A stretch of DNA of 63,031 nt, filler included, from Octopus bimaculoides (lineage: Eukaryota), in the NCBI RefSeq assembly GCF_001194135.2. It is 6 parts of 6 records of this genome, joined end to end, with 100 filler letters (N's around TTAATTAATTAA, not from the genome) between each part and the next. Parts side by side here need not be neighbours in the genome. Positions count along the whole stretch, not along the records: positions 20,375 to 36,109 come from NC_068986.1; positions 36,210 to 44,228 come from NC_068985.1; 4 more parts are not named here. One strand, written 5' to 3'. The notes under the pieces are model-generated. The model was not told the origin of the DNA, made no database searches, and worked only from the letters and a program-made list of their open reading frames with translations. Below, one piece after another: positions 24,313-37,236 of this stretch (position 1 is its first letter; every line of letters starts with the position of its first letter). The translations under genes were made by a program, and so were the position numbers.

Positions 24313-25294
24313 NNNNNNNNNNNNNNNNNNNNNNNNNNNNNNNNNNNNNNNNNNNNNNNNNNNNNNNNNNNNNNNNNNNNNNNNNNNNNNNNNNNNNNNN
24401 NNNNNNNNNNNNNNNNNNNNNNNNNNNNNNNNNNNNNNNNNNNNNNNNNNNNNNNNNNNNNNNNNNNNNNNNNNNNNNNNNNNNNNNNNNNNNNNNNNNN
24501 NNNNNNNNNNNNNNNNNNNNNNNNNNNNNNNNNNNNNNNNNNNNNNACGTAATACATAAATACATACATACACACATACATACATACATACACACATACA
24601 TACGTACATACATACACACATACATACATACATACATACATGTTTATGTATAGTCTACTTAAGTTATATTAAATCTTAACCTTTATTTATCAACAAATTT
24701 TTCCATAATTGATTTTCGTTCGAAGAATAGTCCTTCTGTTTATATTTTACTTATTCTTTCTGATCTTTATTATTTGTTAATTCTTCAACCTTCTCAGTGT
24801 CGCTGCTTCACAGCTTTATGTTCGCCTCTTTTATACAGAAATACTATTTGCATACATTTCAGCTTTTGTGTTGTTGATATATAAATCGGTTTTATTGCAA
24901 ACAAAAGAGCCATTGTCTAAAGAGCGATAACCGCTTCCAGCTAAAACCTCTTCACCTTAAATTATCGGGAAGTAGTGGGTGGCTGAGGTGGAGGGTCTCA
25001 TAAAAGCGCTCTATGTTGGAGTCTATTATTACATTTCTGAACTTGCTGTCATTTTGGTTATTAAAGATATTTAATGATTGGTTGGCAGAGAGGATAACTC
25101 CACCATTCGGCAGATTAAATGTCGTGTAGTATTTTATTTTCGTCTTTCTTTTTTGTCCGTTCTGTGGTTCTGTGTTCAAATCACGTCTAAGTCAACTTTG
25201 CTTTCCATTACTCTCTTCTCAAACACAGATTTATGGTATGCAAAGTCGACTTCGATGAAATATTAACGTTGAACTGGGGAAAAAAGAAGAATAA

Positions 25295-25470
25295 CAGGCG
25301 CAGGCGTGGGTGTGTGGGGAGAAGCTTTCTTCCCATCCACATGGTTCCGGGTTCAGACCCACTGTGTGGCACCTTGGGAAAGTGTCTTCTACTATATCCT
25401 CTTGTGAGAGGATTTGGTAGGCGGAAAAGGAAAGAAGCCCGTCGTATATATATATATATATATATATATA
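25295..25470 (+). mobile_element. SINE family B 5' half running into (TA)n and a gap
   Basis: AGGCGCAGGCGTGGG head and CORE ACCTTGGGAAAGTG. Confidence 0.85.
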
Positions 25471-26344
25471 NNNNNNNNNNNNNNNNNNNNNNNNNNNNNN
25501 NNNNNNNNNNNNNNNNNNNNNNNNNNNNNNNNNNNNNNNNNNNNNNNNNNNNNNNNNNNNNNNNNNNNNNNNNNNNNNNNNNNNNNNNNNNNNNNNNNNN
25601 NNNNNNNNNNNNNNNNNNNNNNNNNNNNNNNNNNNNNNNNNNNNNNNNNNNNNNNNNNNNNNNNNNNNNNNNNNNNNNNNNNNNNNNNNNNNNNNNNNNN
25701 NNNNNNNNNNNNNNNNNNNNNNNNNNNNNNNNNNNNNNNNNNNNNNNNNNNNNNNNNNNNNNNNNNNNNNNNNNNNNNNNNNNNNNNNNNNNNNNNNNNN
25801 NNNNNNNNNNNNNNNNNNNNNNNNNNNNNNNNNNNNNNNNNNNNNNNNNNNNNNNNNNNNNNNNNNNNNNNNNNNNNNNNNNNNNNNNNNNNNNNNNNNN
25901 NNNNNNNNNNNNNNNNNNNNNNNNNNNNNNNNNNNNNNNNNNNNNNNNNNNNNNNNNNNNNNNNNNNNNNNNNNNNNNNNNNNNNNNNNNNNNNNNNNNN
26001 NNNNNNNNNNNNNNNNNNNNNNNNNNNNNNNNNNNNNNNNNNNNNNNNNNNNNNNNNNNNNNNNNNNNNNNNNNNNNNNNNNNNNNNNNNNNNNNNNNNN
26101 NNNNNNNNNNNNNNNNNNNNNNNNNNNNNNNNNNNNNNNNNNNNNNNNNNNNNNNNNNNNNNNNNNNNNNNGCTAGAAAGCATCTCATTGACCCTGAAAG
26201 GAATCGATAAAGTATACCAGACTAGCACTGGGGTTGACTGAGTCGACTTAACCGTTTCTCTTAAAACTGCCGGCCTCAGGCCAAAATCTGAAGCCATTAC
26301 TAAGAAGCATAATTTTCGAGTCTTTATGATACAATGACAAAATA

Positions 26345-26776
26345 TCCTGTTCTACTCTAGACACAAGGCCCAAAATTTTGGGGGAGGGCGCCAGTCGATT
26401 AGATCGACCCAAGTATGCAACTGGTACTTAATTTATCGATCCCAAAAGGATGAAAGGCAAAGTCGACCCCGGCGGAATCCGAACTCAGAACGTAGACAGA
26501 CGAAATACCGCTAAGTATTTCGCTCGGCGTTCTAACGTTTCTTATTTCTTTATTGCCCACAAGGGGCTAAACATAGGGGGGACAAACAAGGACAGACAAA
26601 GAGATTAAGTCGATTAGATCGATCCCAGTATGTAACTAGTACTTATTTAATCGACCCTAAAATTATGAAAGGCTAAGTCTACCTCGGCGGAATTTGAACT
26701 CAGAACGTAGCGGCAGACGAAATACTGCTAAGCATTTCGCCCGGCGTGCTAACGTTTCTGCCAGCTCGTCGCCTTA
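26345..26776 (-). mobile_element. SINE family A, complete dimer
   Basis: Unit 1 at 26546-26776 with the GGACAAACAAGG tail; unit 2 at 26345-26545 with the CCTTGTGTCTAGAGTAGAA tail. Confidence 0.88.
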
Positions 26777-27051
26777 CAATGACAAAATATTAGACGGCTT
26801 TTTGGCAATGAATACCCTACCACTTTGCGATTGGTTAATTTAACTTGAAGTGATTAATAACATAAACATCACAGAAAATAATTAAGTTGATCAAATTTTG
26901 GGGTTATTTCATTTAATATTTAAAAGAGAACCTTTTATGTATGTATATATGGGGGAGGAGGAGGAGGAGGAGGAGGAGCATATCATTGTCTTTTTCAACA
27001 TTATTTTATATATCATTGTTAGCTTATTTATTTGTTTGTTGTTATTATAAT

Positions 27052-27061
27052 NNNNNNNNNN

Positions 27062-27124
<63 letters not shown>

Positions 27125-27190
27125 AGAGAGAGAAGGAGATAGAGAGAGAGGGAAAGGTGGAGAGATAGAAAGAGACAGCGAGAGAGAAAG
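27052..27190. repeat. (GA)n microsatellite next to a small gap
   Basis: Directly visible. Confidence 0.9.
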
Positions 27191-27470
27191 AGCGTCACAA
27201 TGATATAAACTCATTAAATACCGTTTGTCTCGAATCTTTATTTCATTCCATTGTTATTGTATATAATTTCTACCTGATGCTTGACTGGTTACCACCGTTC
27301 ACGTTTATATACACCCATTGATAATAATAATTAACTTTATTTATTTCTTTATATTTCCCCGACTTCATTTCACAAGGAAAAAATCACCAATTTTCGCATC
27401 AGTGCCAAAATGGTAGAGTTGATTGAATCAACTCAAACAGGAAAATACATATATACGTACATACATACAT

Positions 27471-29950
27471 ATTGTTGGATATTGGTACAAGAAGCTAACC
27501 TTCTACCGACCATATCTTATCAATCTATACCAGCAAGCTCTCATTGGGAACTGTAGCGTTCCACATTGGTTAGCTTTGGCAGAGACAAAACTGATACCCA
27601 AATGCAGAGTCACTCACATGACAAAAAACTACCGGCCAATTGCATGTCAGAAATTAATATATAAGATATATACAGCATGATTAAACTTACTCCTCCAGGA
27701 CCATTGTGAAATCAATAACATTATCACTGCAGAACAAGCAGCTGGGAAGAAGGGAGTTTAGGGATGTGTCGAGCAATCGTTAATCAACAATCGTTAATCA
27801 ACAAAACTGTAATGTCAGAGGTGCTAGAGCATAGGAGGAACCTAGTTTCAATGTGGCTAGACTACAAGAAAGCCCTTGACTCTGTTCCCCAGTCATGGAT
27901 GCTAGAAGCCCTTCAACTTGCTAAAGTTTCAGTGAGAATAGTCCAAGACGTAGCTTGCCTAACTTCATTGTGGGCCACCATCTTGAAGTTGAACGCAGGA
28001 GTGACTGTATTATCACTGATAGAATACCGTATCACAGAGGCATATTCTAAGGAGACAGCCTCTCTGTAATGTTGTTTATGCTTTCTGTAAACCCCTTGTC
28101 ATTCATGTTAAGGAAGTCTGAAGGATATCTCACTGGTTCACAAGGAAACAGAAATAACAAGATTACACACGTATTCTTTGTGGATGACTTAAAACTATAT
28201 GCAAAGGATATGCTTGAGAGGAAAAAGAGACTTGACCTGGTTACAACATTTCCAAAGGAAACAGGGCTGGAGTTTGGTCAGGAGAAATGTTGCTTTTATG
28301 GTTGCGAAAAGAGGGAAGACTGTAAACCAGACTAACAACATCTCCATGAATGACGTAAATGTTTCCGCTATATCTGATGAGAAATGTTATAGGTATCAAA
28401 GGATGGATGAAAACATATCTTACAGTGGCACCTGTAATGAAACACGTGTCACTCAAGAATATTACAGCCGAATAGAGAAAATTTGGACCTCGTAACTCTC
28501 TGCATTCAATAAAACAGTGGCCCACAATGTGTTTGCAATGTCAGTACTCATACCAACATTTGGGCTGCTTGATAGAACGTTTGATGAAATTCGAGCCGTT
28601 GATGTGAAATTCCGGAAGTTACTAACCAGCACACATAATTTACACATAAACAGTGACGTAGACCGCCTCTACCTAAAACGAAAACAAGGTGGCAGAGGTT
28701 TAGTAGATTCAAACTGCTTTGAATGTCGTATCACATCCCTTCGGCAACGTCTTTTAACCACCATGTCTCCAAGTGCATCCATTGACCAAGTTTGCATACA
28801 TAAGGCTGATAACATCATAAGACTTAGAAGGCAGCTCCTTGAGGATTCCTTGTCTGATAATCTTAAATACAAGCCCAAAGTCGCACGACTGTACCACAAC
28901 GTATCATCAGATGAAAGGATGAGCGTATCTGAGCAGAAGACCATGCATGGATATGTTAGTAGAAAGTTCTGAGATGACAGTAACATTGATCATCAAAGCA
29001 ATCTATCATAGACCAACAGCCGGTTTATCACCCCCCCCCCACTTTGAAAGGTATTCGTTTGCAATCCAAGAACAGGAAATATCGACCAAATACCTGATAC
29101 ACAAAAAGGACAGAGATGCAGGAAAATCAGTAAAATGCGACAACCGATGCAAACTTTATGGAGTTTACACCAAAGATATCACGCACATCATAAGCAGTTG
29201 TCCGAAAATGTCATCACAGTATTATCTACAGATGAGATATGGTGTTGTAGCTAGGACATTTTATAAGGAAATCCGCTGGAAAAACAACCCCGATGACAAA
29301 GAAATAAGAACCCACAGTATGGTAGAAGCCATAGCCACTCATAATAAAAAGGAGTATTGGTGGAATGTCCCAGTGAAAGCCTCAATATAATGTAAGCACA
29401 ACAGACCTGATATAATGATTTGAGATAGAGAAGAGAAACTGTGTACAGTTGTAGAAATAAGCTGCGCGGTGAATGTTTAACATAAATCCGAAAATCAGTG
29501 AAAAACTGAATGTCTACACTGAAGTATTGAAAACTATGCTGTTACTCTATCCAGATTACAAGTTCAGGTTTATACCTGTAATTATTGGGGCACTGGGATA
29601 TATAACACACTGCCTACATATCAATCTTAAGAAATTATGCTTCTCAAAACCAGAAAGAAGAAAGCTGTTTCGAAGACTACAGAACTAAGCCGGAACTGTA
29701 AAAAATATTTAATCATAAAATCATGAAGTTCATCATTTAAGTATATATGAGCATGTCTAGACATGCAACTATATGCATGAGAATACATACAGGAAACAAA
29801 ACATACAAATCAGCACGTATACGTAAATACATACATACATACAAAATACCCTGTTGATGTTGAAATTCCAATGAAGGAGCCTTGGATCTAGGTCAGAAAC
29901 CGGTTCTTTATTGGCAAGAAATCTTCGAATAAAACTGAATGATATACAAA
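27471..29950 (+). mobile_element. 5'-truncated R4/Dong-like (RLE-clade) non-LTR retrotransposon, decayed
   Basis: RT motifs NYRPIAC, WLDYKKALDSVP and FFVDDLKLY; knuckle-like CDNRCKLY...HIISSC; restriction-like endonuclease HNRPDIMI*DREEKLCTVVEISC; 3' UTR 29740-29950. Many stops and frameshifts. Confidence 0.9.
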
Positions 29951-30160
29951 CGTGAAGTTTATTATACTATTCGCAACTTTATTTCGTCTTCCGAAAACAA
30001 CGTCTCCCTTTGGAAATGTGTGGACAAAACACTCAAGTTAGTTATATCAACACACCAGCAGGCGCTGAGACACCGGTGGTTTGGCATTATTCTACCTATT
30101 CAGTCAGAGACATGAATCAGAACTCTGAATCTATGCTATAACGTTCGTTCTTATTTATAG

Positions 30161-30299
30161 ATTTCTGAAAACAAAATCTTTCTTGATGTGTGCAAACGTT
30201 TGCCAAGCTGATATTAAAATATTATGAGCAAGCAAAACAGCGAGAATGAAAACAATAATGTTCATACATTAGACGTTCCGGTAGATTTGAGGAAAATAG
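30161..30299 (+). CDS. Candidate exon with start codon at 30224 (MSKQNSENENNNVHTLDVPVDLRKI...) of an unidentified gene
   Basis: Acceptor TTCTTATTTATAG|, donor AG|GTGAGC and protein-like composition. No homology recognised. Confidence 0.3.
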
Positions 30300-30494
30300 G
30301 TGAGCAAGGAAGGAGAATTGATAAATTCAGATGAAGAGTGTGCATCTGTCTAGGCGCTCTGCATGTTTTTACGTATGTGACAGCATGCACCTGGAGTTTT
30401 TATGATGGTCACACCGTTCATGTATCGTTTAATATATATACATCAATCAAGTGTTTTTATGTTAATGTATTCAGCTTGTTTCTTTGATATTTTG

Positions 30495-31040
30495 CACACA
30501 CACGCACGCATGCACACACATGAACGAACGCACATACACACACGCACATGCAAACACGCACGTACACACGCACACACTCACACACATGCATACACGCACG
30601 TACATGCACAAATACACACAAACACACGCACACATGTATACACGCACGCACACACACATGCATTCACACACACACATACACACACACACACACACGCACG
30701 CGTACATACGCACACATGCACACACATGCACACATGCACATATACACACATGCATGCATACACACACACGTATACACACAAATGCATACACGCACAAACG
30801 CACACACACACACACGCACACACACATGAACACACACGTATGCACACAAATACATACACTCACAAACGCACAAACACACACACACACACGTACACACACA
30901 TACGCACACACGCACGTATACACAGAAATACATGTAAATACATTACACACAAGCTATCCCACAAAGTACCACATGTGTACACACTCGAGCGCGCGTATGT
31001 AGATGCACGTACGTGCACAAATACACACACACACACACGC
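30495..31040. repeat. Long degenerate (CA)/(CACG)/(CATG) simple repeat
   Basis: Directly visible; generates the H/T-rich and C/V-rich ORFs on all frames. Confidence 0.95.
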
Positions 31041-32077
31041 TCACTGACATTCAGCCAACAAGCTCTGTTGCCTGTTAGCCAAATTCTTGTCAAGTATGGA
31101 GCATCCAAGATATTTATTGCTTATATACATCTCTCTCTCTCTCACCTCTGTCTCTGTCTCCCCCTCTCTCTCTATATATATATGTACATNNNNNNNNNNN
31201 NNNNNNNNNNNNNNNNNNNNNNNNNNNNNNNNNNNNNNNNNNNNNNNNNNNNNNNNNNNNNNNNNNNNNNNNNNNNNNNNNNNNNNNNNNNNNNNNNNNN
31301 NNNNNNNNNNNNNNNNNNNNNNNNNNNNNNNNNNNNNNNNNNNNNNNNNNNNNNNNNNNNNNNNNNNNNNNNNNNNNNNNNNNNNNNNNNNNNNNNNNNN
31401 NNNNNNNNNNNNNNNNNNNNNNNNNNNNNNNNNNNNNNNNNNNNNNNNNNNNNNNNNNNNNNNNNNNNNNNNNNNNNNNNNNNNNNNNNNNNNNNNNNNN
31501 NNNNNNNNNNNNNNNNNNNNNNNNNNNNNNNNNNNNNNNNNNNNNNNNNNNNNNNNNNNNNNNNNNNNNNNNNNNNNNNNNNNNNNNNNNNNNNNNNNNN
31601 NNNNNNNNNNNNNNNNNNNNNNNNNNNNNNNNNNNNNNNNNNNNNNNNNNNNNNNNNNNNNNNNNNNNNNNNNNNNNNNNNNNNNNNNNNNNNNNNNNNN
31701 NNNNNNNNNNNNNNNNNNNNNNNNNNNNNNNNNNNNNNNNNNNNNNNNNNNNNNNNNNNNNNNNNNNNNNNNNNNNNNNNNNNNNNNNNNNNNNNNNNNN
31801 NNNNNNNNNNNNNNNNNNNNNNNNNNNNNNNNNNNNNNNNNNNNNNNNNNNNNNNNNNNNNNNNNNNNNNNNNNNNNNNNNNNNNNNNNNNNNNNNNNNN
31901 NNNNNNNNNNNNNNNNNNNNNNNNNNNNNNNNNNNNNNNNNNNNNNNNNNNNNNNNNNNNNNNNNNNNNNNNNNNNNNNNNTATATATATATATATATAT
32001 ATATATATAGATAGATAGATAGGTAGATAGGTAGATAGATGCACATATGCATGTACATGCATGATTATATACGTACA

Positions 32078-32135
<58 letters not shown>

Positions 32136-32364
32136 AGATTAGATAGCATTCTGAATCCAGAATCAAAAACACGAATACATTATTCTTCATTTCTGCCTAC
32201 AAACAACCCTTGTCTGCTGATCAAAGACGGGAGCTGGCTACATTCTTAGAATAATTCTCCGGCACAAGAGATGTCGGTTTCAGACTTACGAAACAAAACC
32301 TAAGCACCTTTTTAAATAGGTTAATTCTTGTGTAAAAATATTTATACATCTATCAAACTTCCAT

Positions 32365-32510
<146 letters not shown>

Positions 32511-32760
32511 ATATATGGGGAGAGAAAGGAGAGATGGAGAGAAAGAGAAAGTGAGAGAATCTATTAAAGATAGTTGAAGCAATCGTGGTATAGTCACATG
32601 GTACTGCTCAAATATACTGAGAAAAATAACGGGGTTTCACATCACGAGTCTCTCAAAATCCGCGCCGGTTCATGCATCTACGATGTTATTTGATCTCATT
32701 ACATAACATGCATAGTACGACACAAGCATTGTTTGTTCAAACAGCTATAATGTATAGACT

Positions 32761-33153
32761 GTGGAGGCGCAATGGCCCAGTGGTTAGGGCAGTGGATTCG
32801 CGGTCATAGGATCGCTGTTTCGATTCCCAGACCGGGCGTTGTGAGTGTTTATTGAGCGAAAACACCTAAAGCTCCACGAGGCTCCAGCAGGGGTTTGTGG
32901 TGAACCCTGCTGTACTCTTTCACCACAACTTTCTCTCACTCTTACCTCCTGTTTCTCCTGTGTCTGTAATTCAAAGGGACAGCCTTGTCACACTGTGTCA
33001 CGCTGAATATCCCCGAGAAATACGTTAAGGCTACACGTGTCTGTGGAGTGCTCAGTCACTTGCACGTTAATTTCACGAGCAGGCTGTTCCGTTGATCGGA
33101 TCAACTGGAACCCTCGTCGTCGAAAGCGACGGAGTGCCAACAACAACAACAAC
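32761..33153 (+). mobile_element. SINE family C (OR1-like), full length
   Basis: Closely similar to 6222-6595; A/B boxes and (CAA)n tail. Confidence 0.9.
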
Positions 33154-33252
33154 GATGTATAGACTCAATTGCATCACTTATTTACACCTGCAACTCTCTC
33201 TGTAAATATATTCCTTTCCCCTACTTTTGTTTATCTGTCTTTTCAGCTTCTC

Positions 33253-33300
<48 letters not shown>

Positions 33301-33302
<2 letters not shown>

Positions 33303-34155
33303 GGAGAAGGAGTTACCAAAAATGGATGCTCATGAGAATGCTCATGAATTCCGATCACGAACAACCAGCGAGAGAAAAGAAACCCTAGTCTGCATGGAAT
33401 TATATGGTCAGTTCCACCGTCAAACTAACGACTTAAAAGGCCAGGAAGCATCATAGAGATGGTTCAGCAAGGGTAACCTAAAAAGGAAGCCCAAAAGCCT
33501 AATCATCGCTGCCCAGGACCAAAGATTGAATCTCAACTCAGTGAAAAGGGATATATATAACACAAGTGCAACGAACCTCTGCAGAATATGTGGGAAGAGA
33601 GCCGAAAGCGGGACTAACATTGTTAGTGCTTGTGAAAGTCTTGTGCAGAAAGAGTACAAGCGTAGACATGACAAGGTAGCCCAAAACCTTCACTGGCTAC
33701 TATGCCGGAAGTATGGATACAAGGTAATGGGTGCTTGGTACCAACATACACAGGAAAAGATAATGGACGGAAAGAGGAAAGCAAAAATCCTCCGGGATTT
33801 TTACTTCGAGATAGACAAGTTGTTAGAGCACGGAAGACCGGATATAGCAACCTTTAGGAGGAACAAACAAGAGTGCCTAATAATCAACGTGGCAGTGCCG
33901 GGAGATCAACATATTATAATGAAAGAAAGAGAAAAGATTGATAAATATGGAGACTTGAGAATTGAGATCGCTACGAGAGTCAAACATAAAGGTTGTCTCT
34001 GTTGACATCGGAGCATTGGGTTGAATTCCTCCCAACCTGAAGGAACATCTGGAAACTTTAGAGATACGCTACAATGTAGGTGTATTGCAAAACTTGGCAT
34101 TACTTGGAACTGCATGCATATTGCGCAAAGTACTGCCAGTCTGAGGTCCTTGTTG
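33301..34155 (+). mobile_element. 5'-truncated Dong/R4-like LINE (second family)
   Basis: AQDQRLNLNSVKRDI...CRICGKRAESGTNIVSAC (knuckle), RRHDKVAQNLHW and RPDIATF...IINVAVPGD (RLE nuclease). Immediately preceded by (TAA)n at 33254-33300. Confidence 0.85.
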
Positions 34156-34181
34156 TGAGTTGACATACGTACATACATACA

Positions 34182-34249
<68 letters not shown>

Positions 34250-34764
34250 ATGCATATATATTTTTGACACCAAAGCCTTATTTACTCAGAGATTCTATAT
34301 ATCGTTGGCAAGAGATTTGGCTAATATCGCACTGCTGGACATCTGTCACTGAAGAAGCCATAGCAGGGTGAAATTACGTGATCTATCTGTTTCGTCGCCC
34401 ATAGTAAAGGATTTTCTCTGTCAAGAAAGTGTTTTTATGCACTGCGATTCCTGATGCGAGATCCTCTCTCAGGTTAAATAAGGTAAGATTCTGTGTTCTA
34501 ACACAACCACCACGTTAAGTTAGACATAAAGATTACCGTTTGGCATTAATGCTGCTTCTGTTGGTATTAATTACATTTACGTATAGATGAAGGTACGTAT
34601 CTCTGTCTTTCTGCATGTGGCCATGTGTGTGTATGTGTGAATGTATGCACGCGTGTGTATAAGCTTGTATATCTGTGTGCATATATGTATATCTGTATGT
34701 ATATACATATGTGTGTGCCTGTGTGTGCGTGCGTGTGTGTGCGTGTGTGCGTGAGTGCGTGCGT

Positions 34765-34813
<49 letters not shown>

Positions 34814-34826
34814 TCTNNNNNNNNNN

Positions 34827-34879
<53 letters not shown>

Positions 34880-35562
34880 TCTTAAACTTTGCCAATACCA
34901 ACAATTGCTTAAAAATTACGATGCCAAGAAAAAAAAAAAAAAGAAAGAGAACGAAGATAGTTCTTATATTTTTGCTTCATTCTTCTTTCAGTTGAATTTT
35001 TCATGCGCCATATTGTTACAAAATAAAAAAAGAACTATGTTAGTTCAAACAATGTTTACTTAGCGTTATACTATTTACACTGTAGTGTTTTAATACAAAT
35101 TGTATGGAGTAACTGTAAAGCCGTTTGATCTAACGTCTTGGGGGTTGAGTTTTTATGTACAATCAATGTTTGATAGTACATTGTACCGCCTTCGTTTCTA
35201 TCTATCATAAGCTGCTTTGATGTACAGGTTTGTTTCCATGCATCAAGGTAATGTTATGAGGTTTAATGCATCTATGCAGTATTTTAAGGGGTTTGAGAAT
35301 ATGTTTGCAAGTAATGCACTTCCAATGTGTATACATGTGTGTGTGTGTGTTAGTAATGTGGTTTCTTTTGTTGATGCCATGAGTTCTGCTTTTGGTTTGT
35401 TTATTAAGAAATTATTCCATATCTGAAATAAACAATAACTCGAGCGATCGCTTTTTTGTGATAAAAAGACAAAAACAAATGAAAAAAAAAACCTATTATT
35501 TCTACCAATTTGACACACAACCAATATCACACAAATCATTGCTATAGAAAACAGAGAAGCTG

Positions 35563-35565
<3 letters not shown>

Positions 35566-35622
<57 letters not shown>
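35566..35622. repeat. (TAA)n microsatellite
   Basis: Directly visible. Confidence 0.95.
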
Positions 35623-35623
<1 letters not shown>

Positions 35624-35804
35624 GCCTTTGTTTTATTTGGGACTGAAGTTTAATAAAATGTCATTAAATCAAAAGTTTGTTGTAGATCGGATAATTGCAT
35701 AATTCCTTTCATTGCATAATATTTTGCCCCGTTTTTTCTTTTTAAGTAAAAATGGTAAAAAAGGTTGCATAAATTCCAATATTTATAAGTGTAGTTGATT
35801 GACA

Positions 35805-35950
35805 GAGGCGTTAGCACGCTGTGAAAAATGCTTAGTGGTATTTCGTCTGTCCTTACGATCTGAGTTCAAATTCCGCCGAGGTCGACTTTGCCTTCCATCC
35901 TTCGGGATCAATAAAGTAAGTAACTTGCTGATCTGCTAAAATTTGAAACC
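35805..35950 (+). mobile_element. SINE family A, partial
   Basis: CGTTAGCACGCT...GAGTTCAAATTCCGCCGAGGTCGACTTTGCC. Confidence 0.8.
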
Positions 35951-36539
35951 GATATTTATAAGTGATTCTGGAAGTTTCTGTTCCCACAAGGAGTTTGAAA
36001 AGACCGTAGAAGCCAAACGAGAGAGACATTTTTTTAGTCTTTTATTTGTTTCAGTCATTTGACTACGGCCATGGTGGAGCACCGTCATTAGTCGAACAAA
36101 TATCAGCCCNNNNNNNNNNNNNNNNNNNNNNNNNNNNNNNNNNNNNNNNNNNNTTAATTAATTAANNNNNNNNNNNNNNNNNNNNNNNNNNNNNNNNNNN
36201 NNNNNNNNNACCGGTGATTAATTCTGAGGTGTTATCTTTTAAGGTTAGTGTTGGAATTGTTGTTGAAATTGTTATTGTTGCATTCTTTTCTTTGTGTTGT
36301 TAATAACACCGTTCTGCGAGTGGCAGACGGAGTGAACTTTTATTCCCCTCTGTGAGGGGGGAATTATCAATTTTTTTTGTAGGGTTTTTCCACAATTTAT
36401 TTTGTTAAAAATGAATACTTCCTCTGTAGAGGGAAAAAAAACTGTGAAAAGAACTGTGAAATATTAAGTATGCCGAGGCTGAAAAACTTGTCGAACCGGC
36501 AAAAAAGTTTAATTTGCAGCTGCGGCTGGAGGGGAAAAA

Positions 36540-37008
36540 GAAAATCTATATATTGACAAAAATGTAATAATGCAGCACTAAAACATGTTTGCAAAGGAGG
36601 GATACGATGTAAAAGCCACCCTCCAGAGTGAAATTATAGAAGAAACGGAAAAAAAAATAGTTGTATTTAAAACTCTTATTGTAAAGGAAAAGAAACTAGA
36701 CAAAGCACCAAAAGAAGTTACAGAAAAATGCCTACAGCCGATCTGGCAGGATATAGAATACCTGACCAGAGGCAAACGTTTTGCCACGAGTAGTAGTGTA
36801 TTTCAAAAGTGAAGACAAAGCAAAAATACACTCAGTGCAACCTTTGAAAACCACGGGTATTGTATTGCTGCTAACATACTTAGACAGGCACAAGTCAAAA
36901 ATCACGATAGAAGAAATTCCGCCAGAAATAAAAGTACCATGGCTACTCCCAGCCCTGCTAATAGGGTTAGAAGAAGAAATAACGATATTAGAGGCCTCAA
37001 ACGTACAC
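36540..37008 (+). mobile_element. Probable LINE ORF1 remnant (Tx1/L1-like), interrupted by a SINE
   Basis: Frameshifted ORFs 36585-36812 and 36781-37008 join as ...DIEYLTRGKRFAT/VVYFKSEDKAKIHSVQPLKTTGIVLL...ITIEEIPPEIKVPWL. Clade assignment is from recalled resemblance only. Confidence 0.45.
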
Positions 37009-37236
37009 TGGCGTGCTAACGATTCTTTTTTTCTTTATTGCCCACAAGGGGCTAAACATAGAGGGGACAAACAAGGGATTAAGTTGATTACATCGACCCC
37101 AGTGCGTAAGTGGTATTTAATTCATCAACCCCGAAAAGATGAAGTGCAAAGTCAACTTCGGCGGAATTTGAACTCAGAACGTAACGGCAGACGAAATATC
37201 GTTAAGCATAACATTTCTGCCAAGCTCGCCGCCTTA
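37009..37236 (-). mobile_element. SINE family A (first unit of the dimeric type)
   Basis: Reverse complement of head, body and the GGGCAATAAAG tail. Confidence 0.85.

Noticed and set aside
30402-32078. Long ORFs (538 aa, 345 aa, etc.) rich in H/T/C/V/Y/I/X
   Set aside because: Translations of dinucleotide repeats and N gaps. The same applies to most ORFs in the track.
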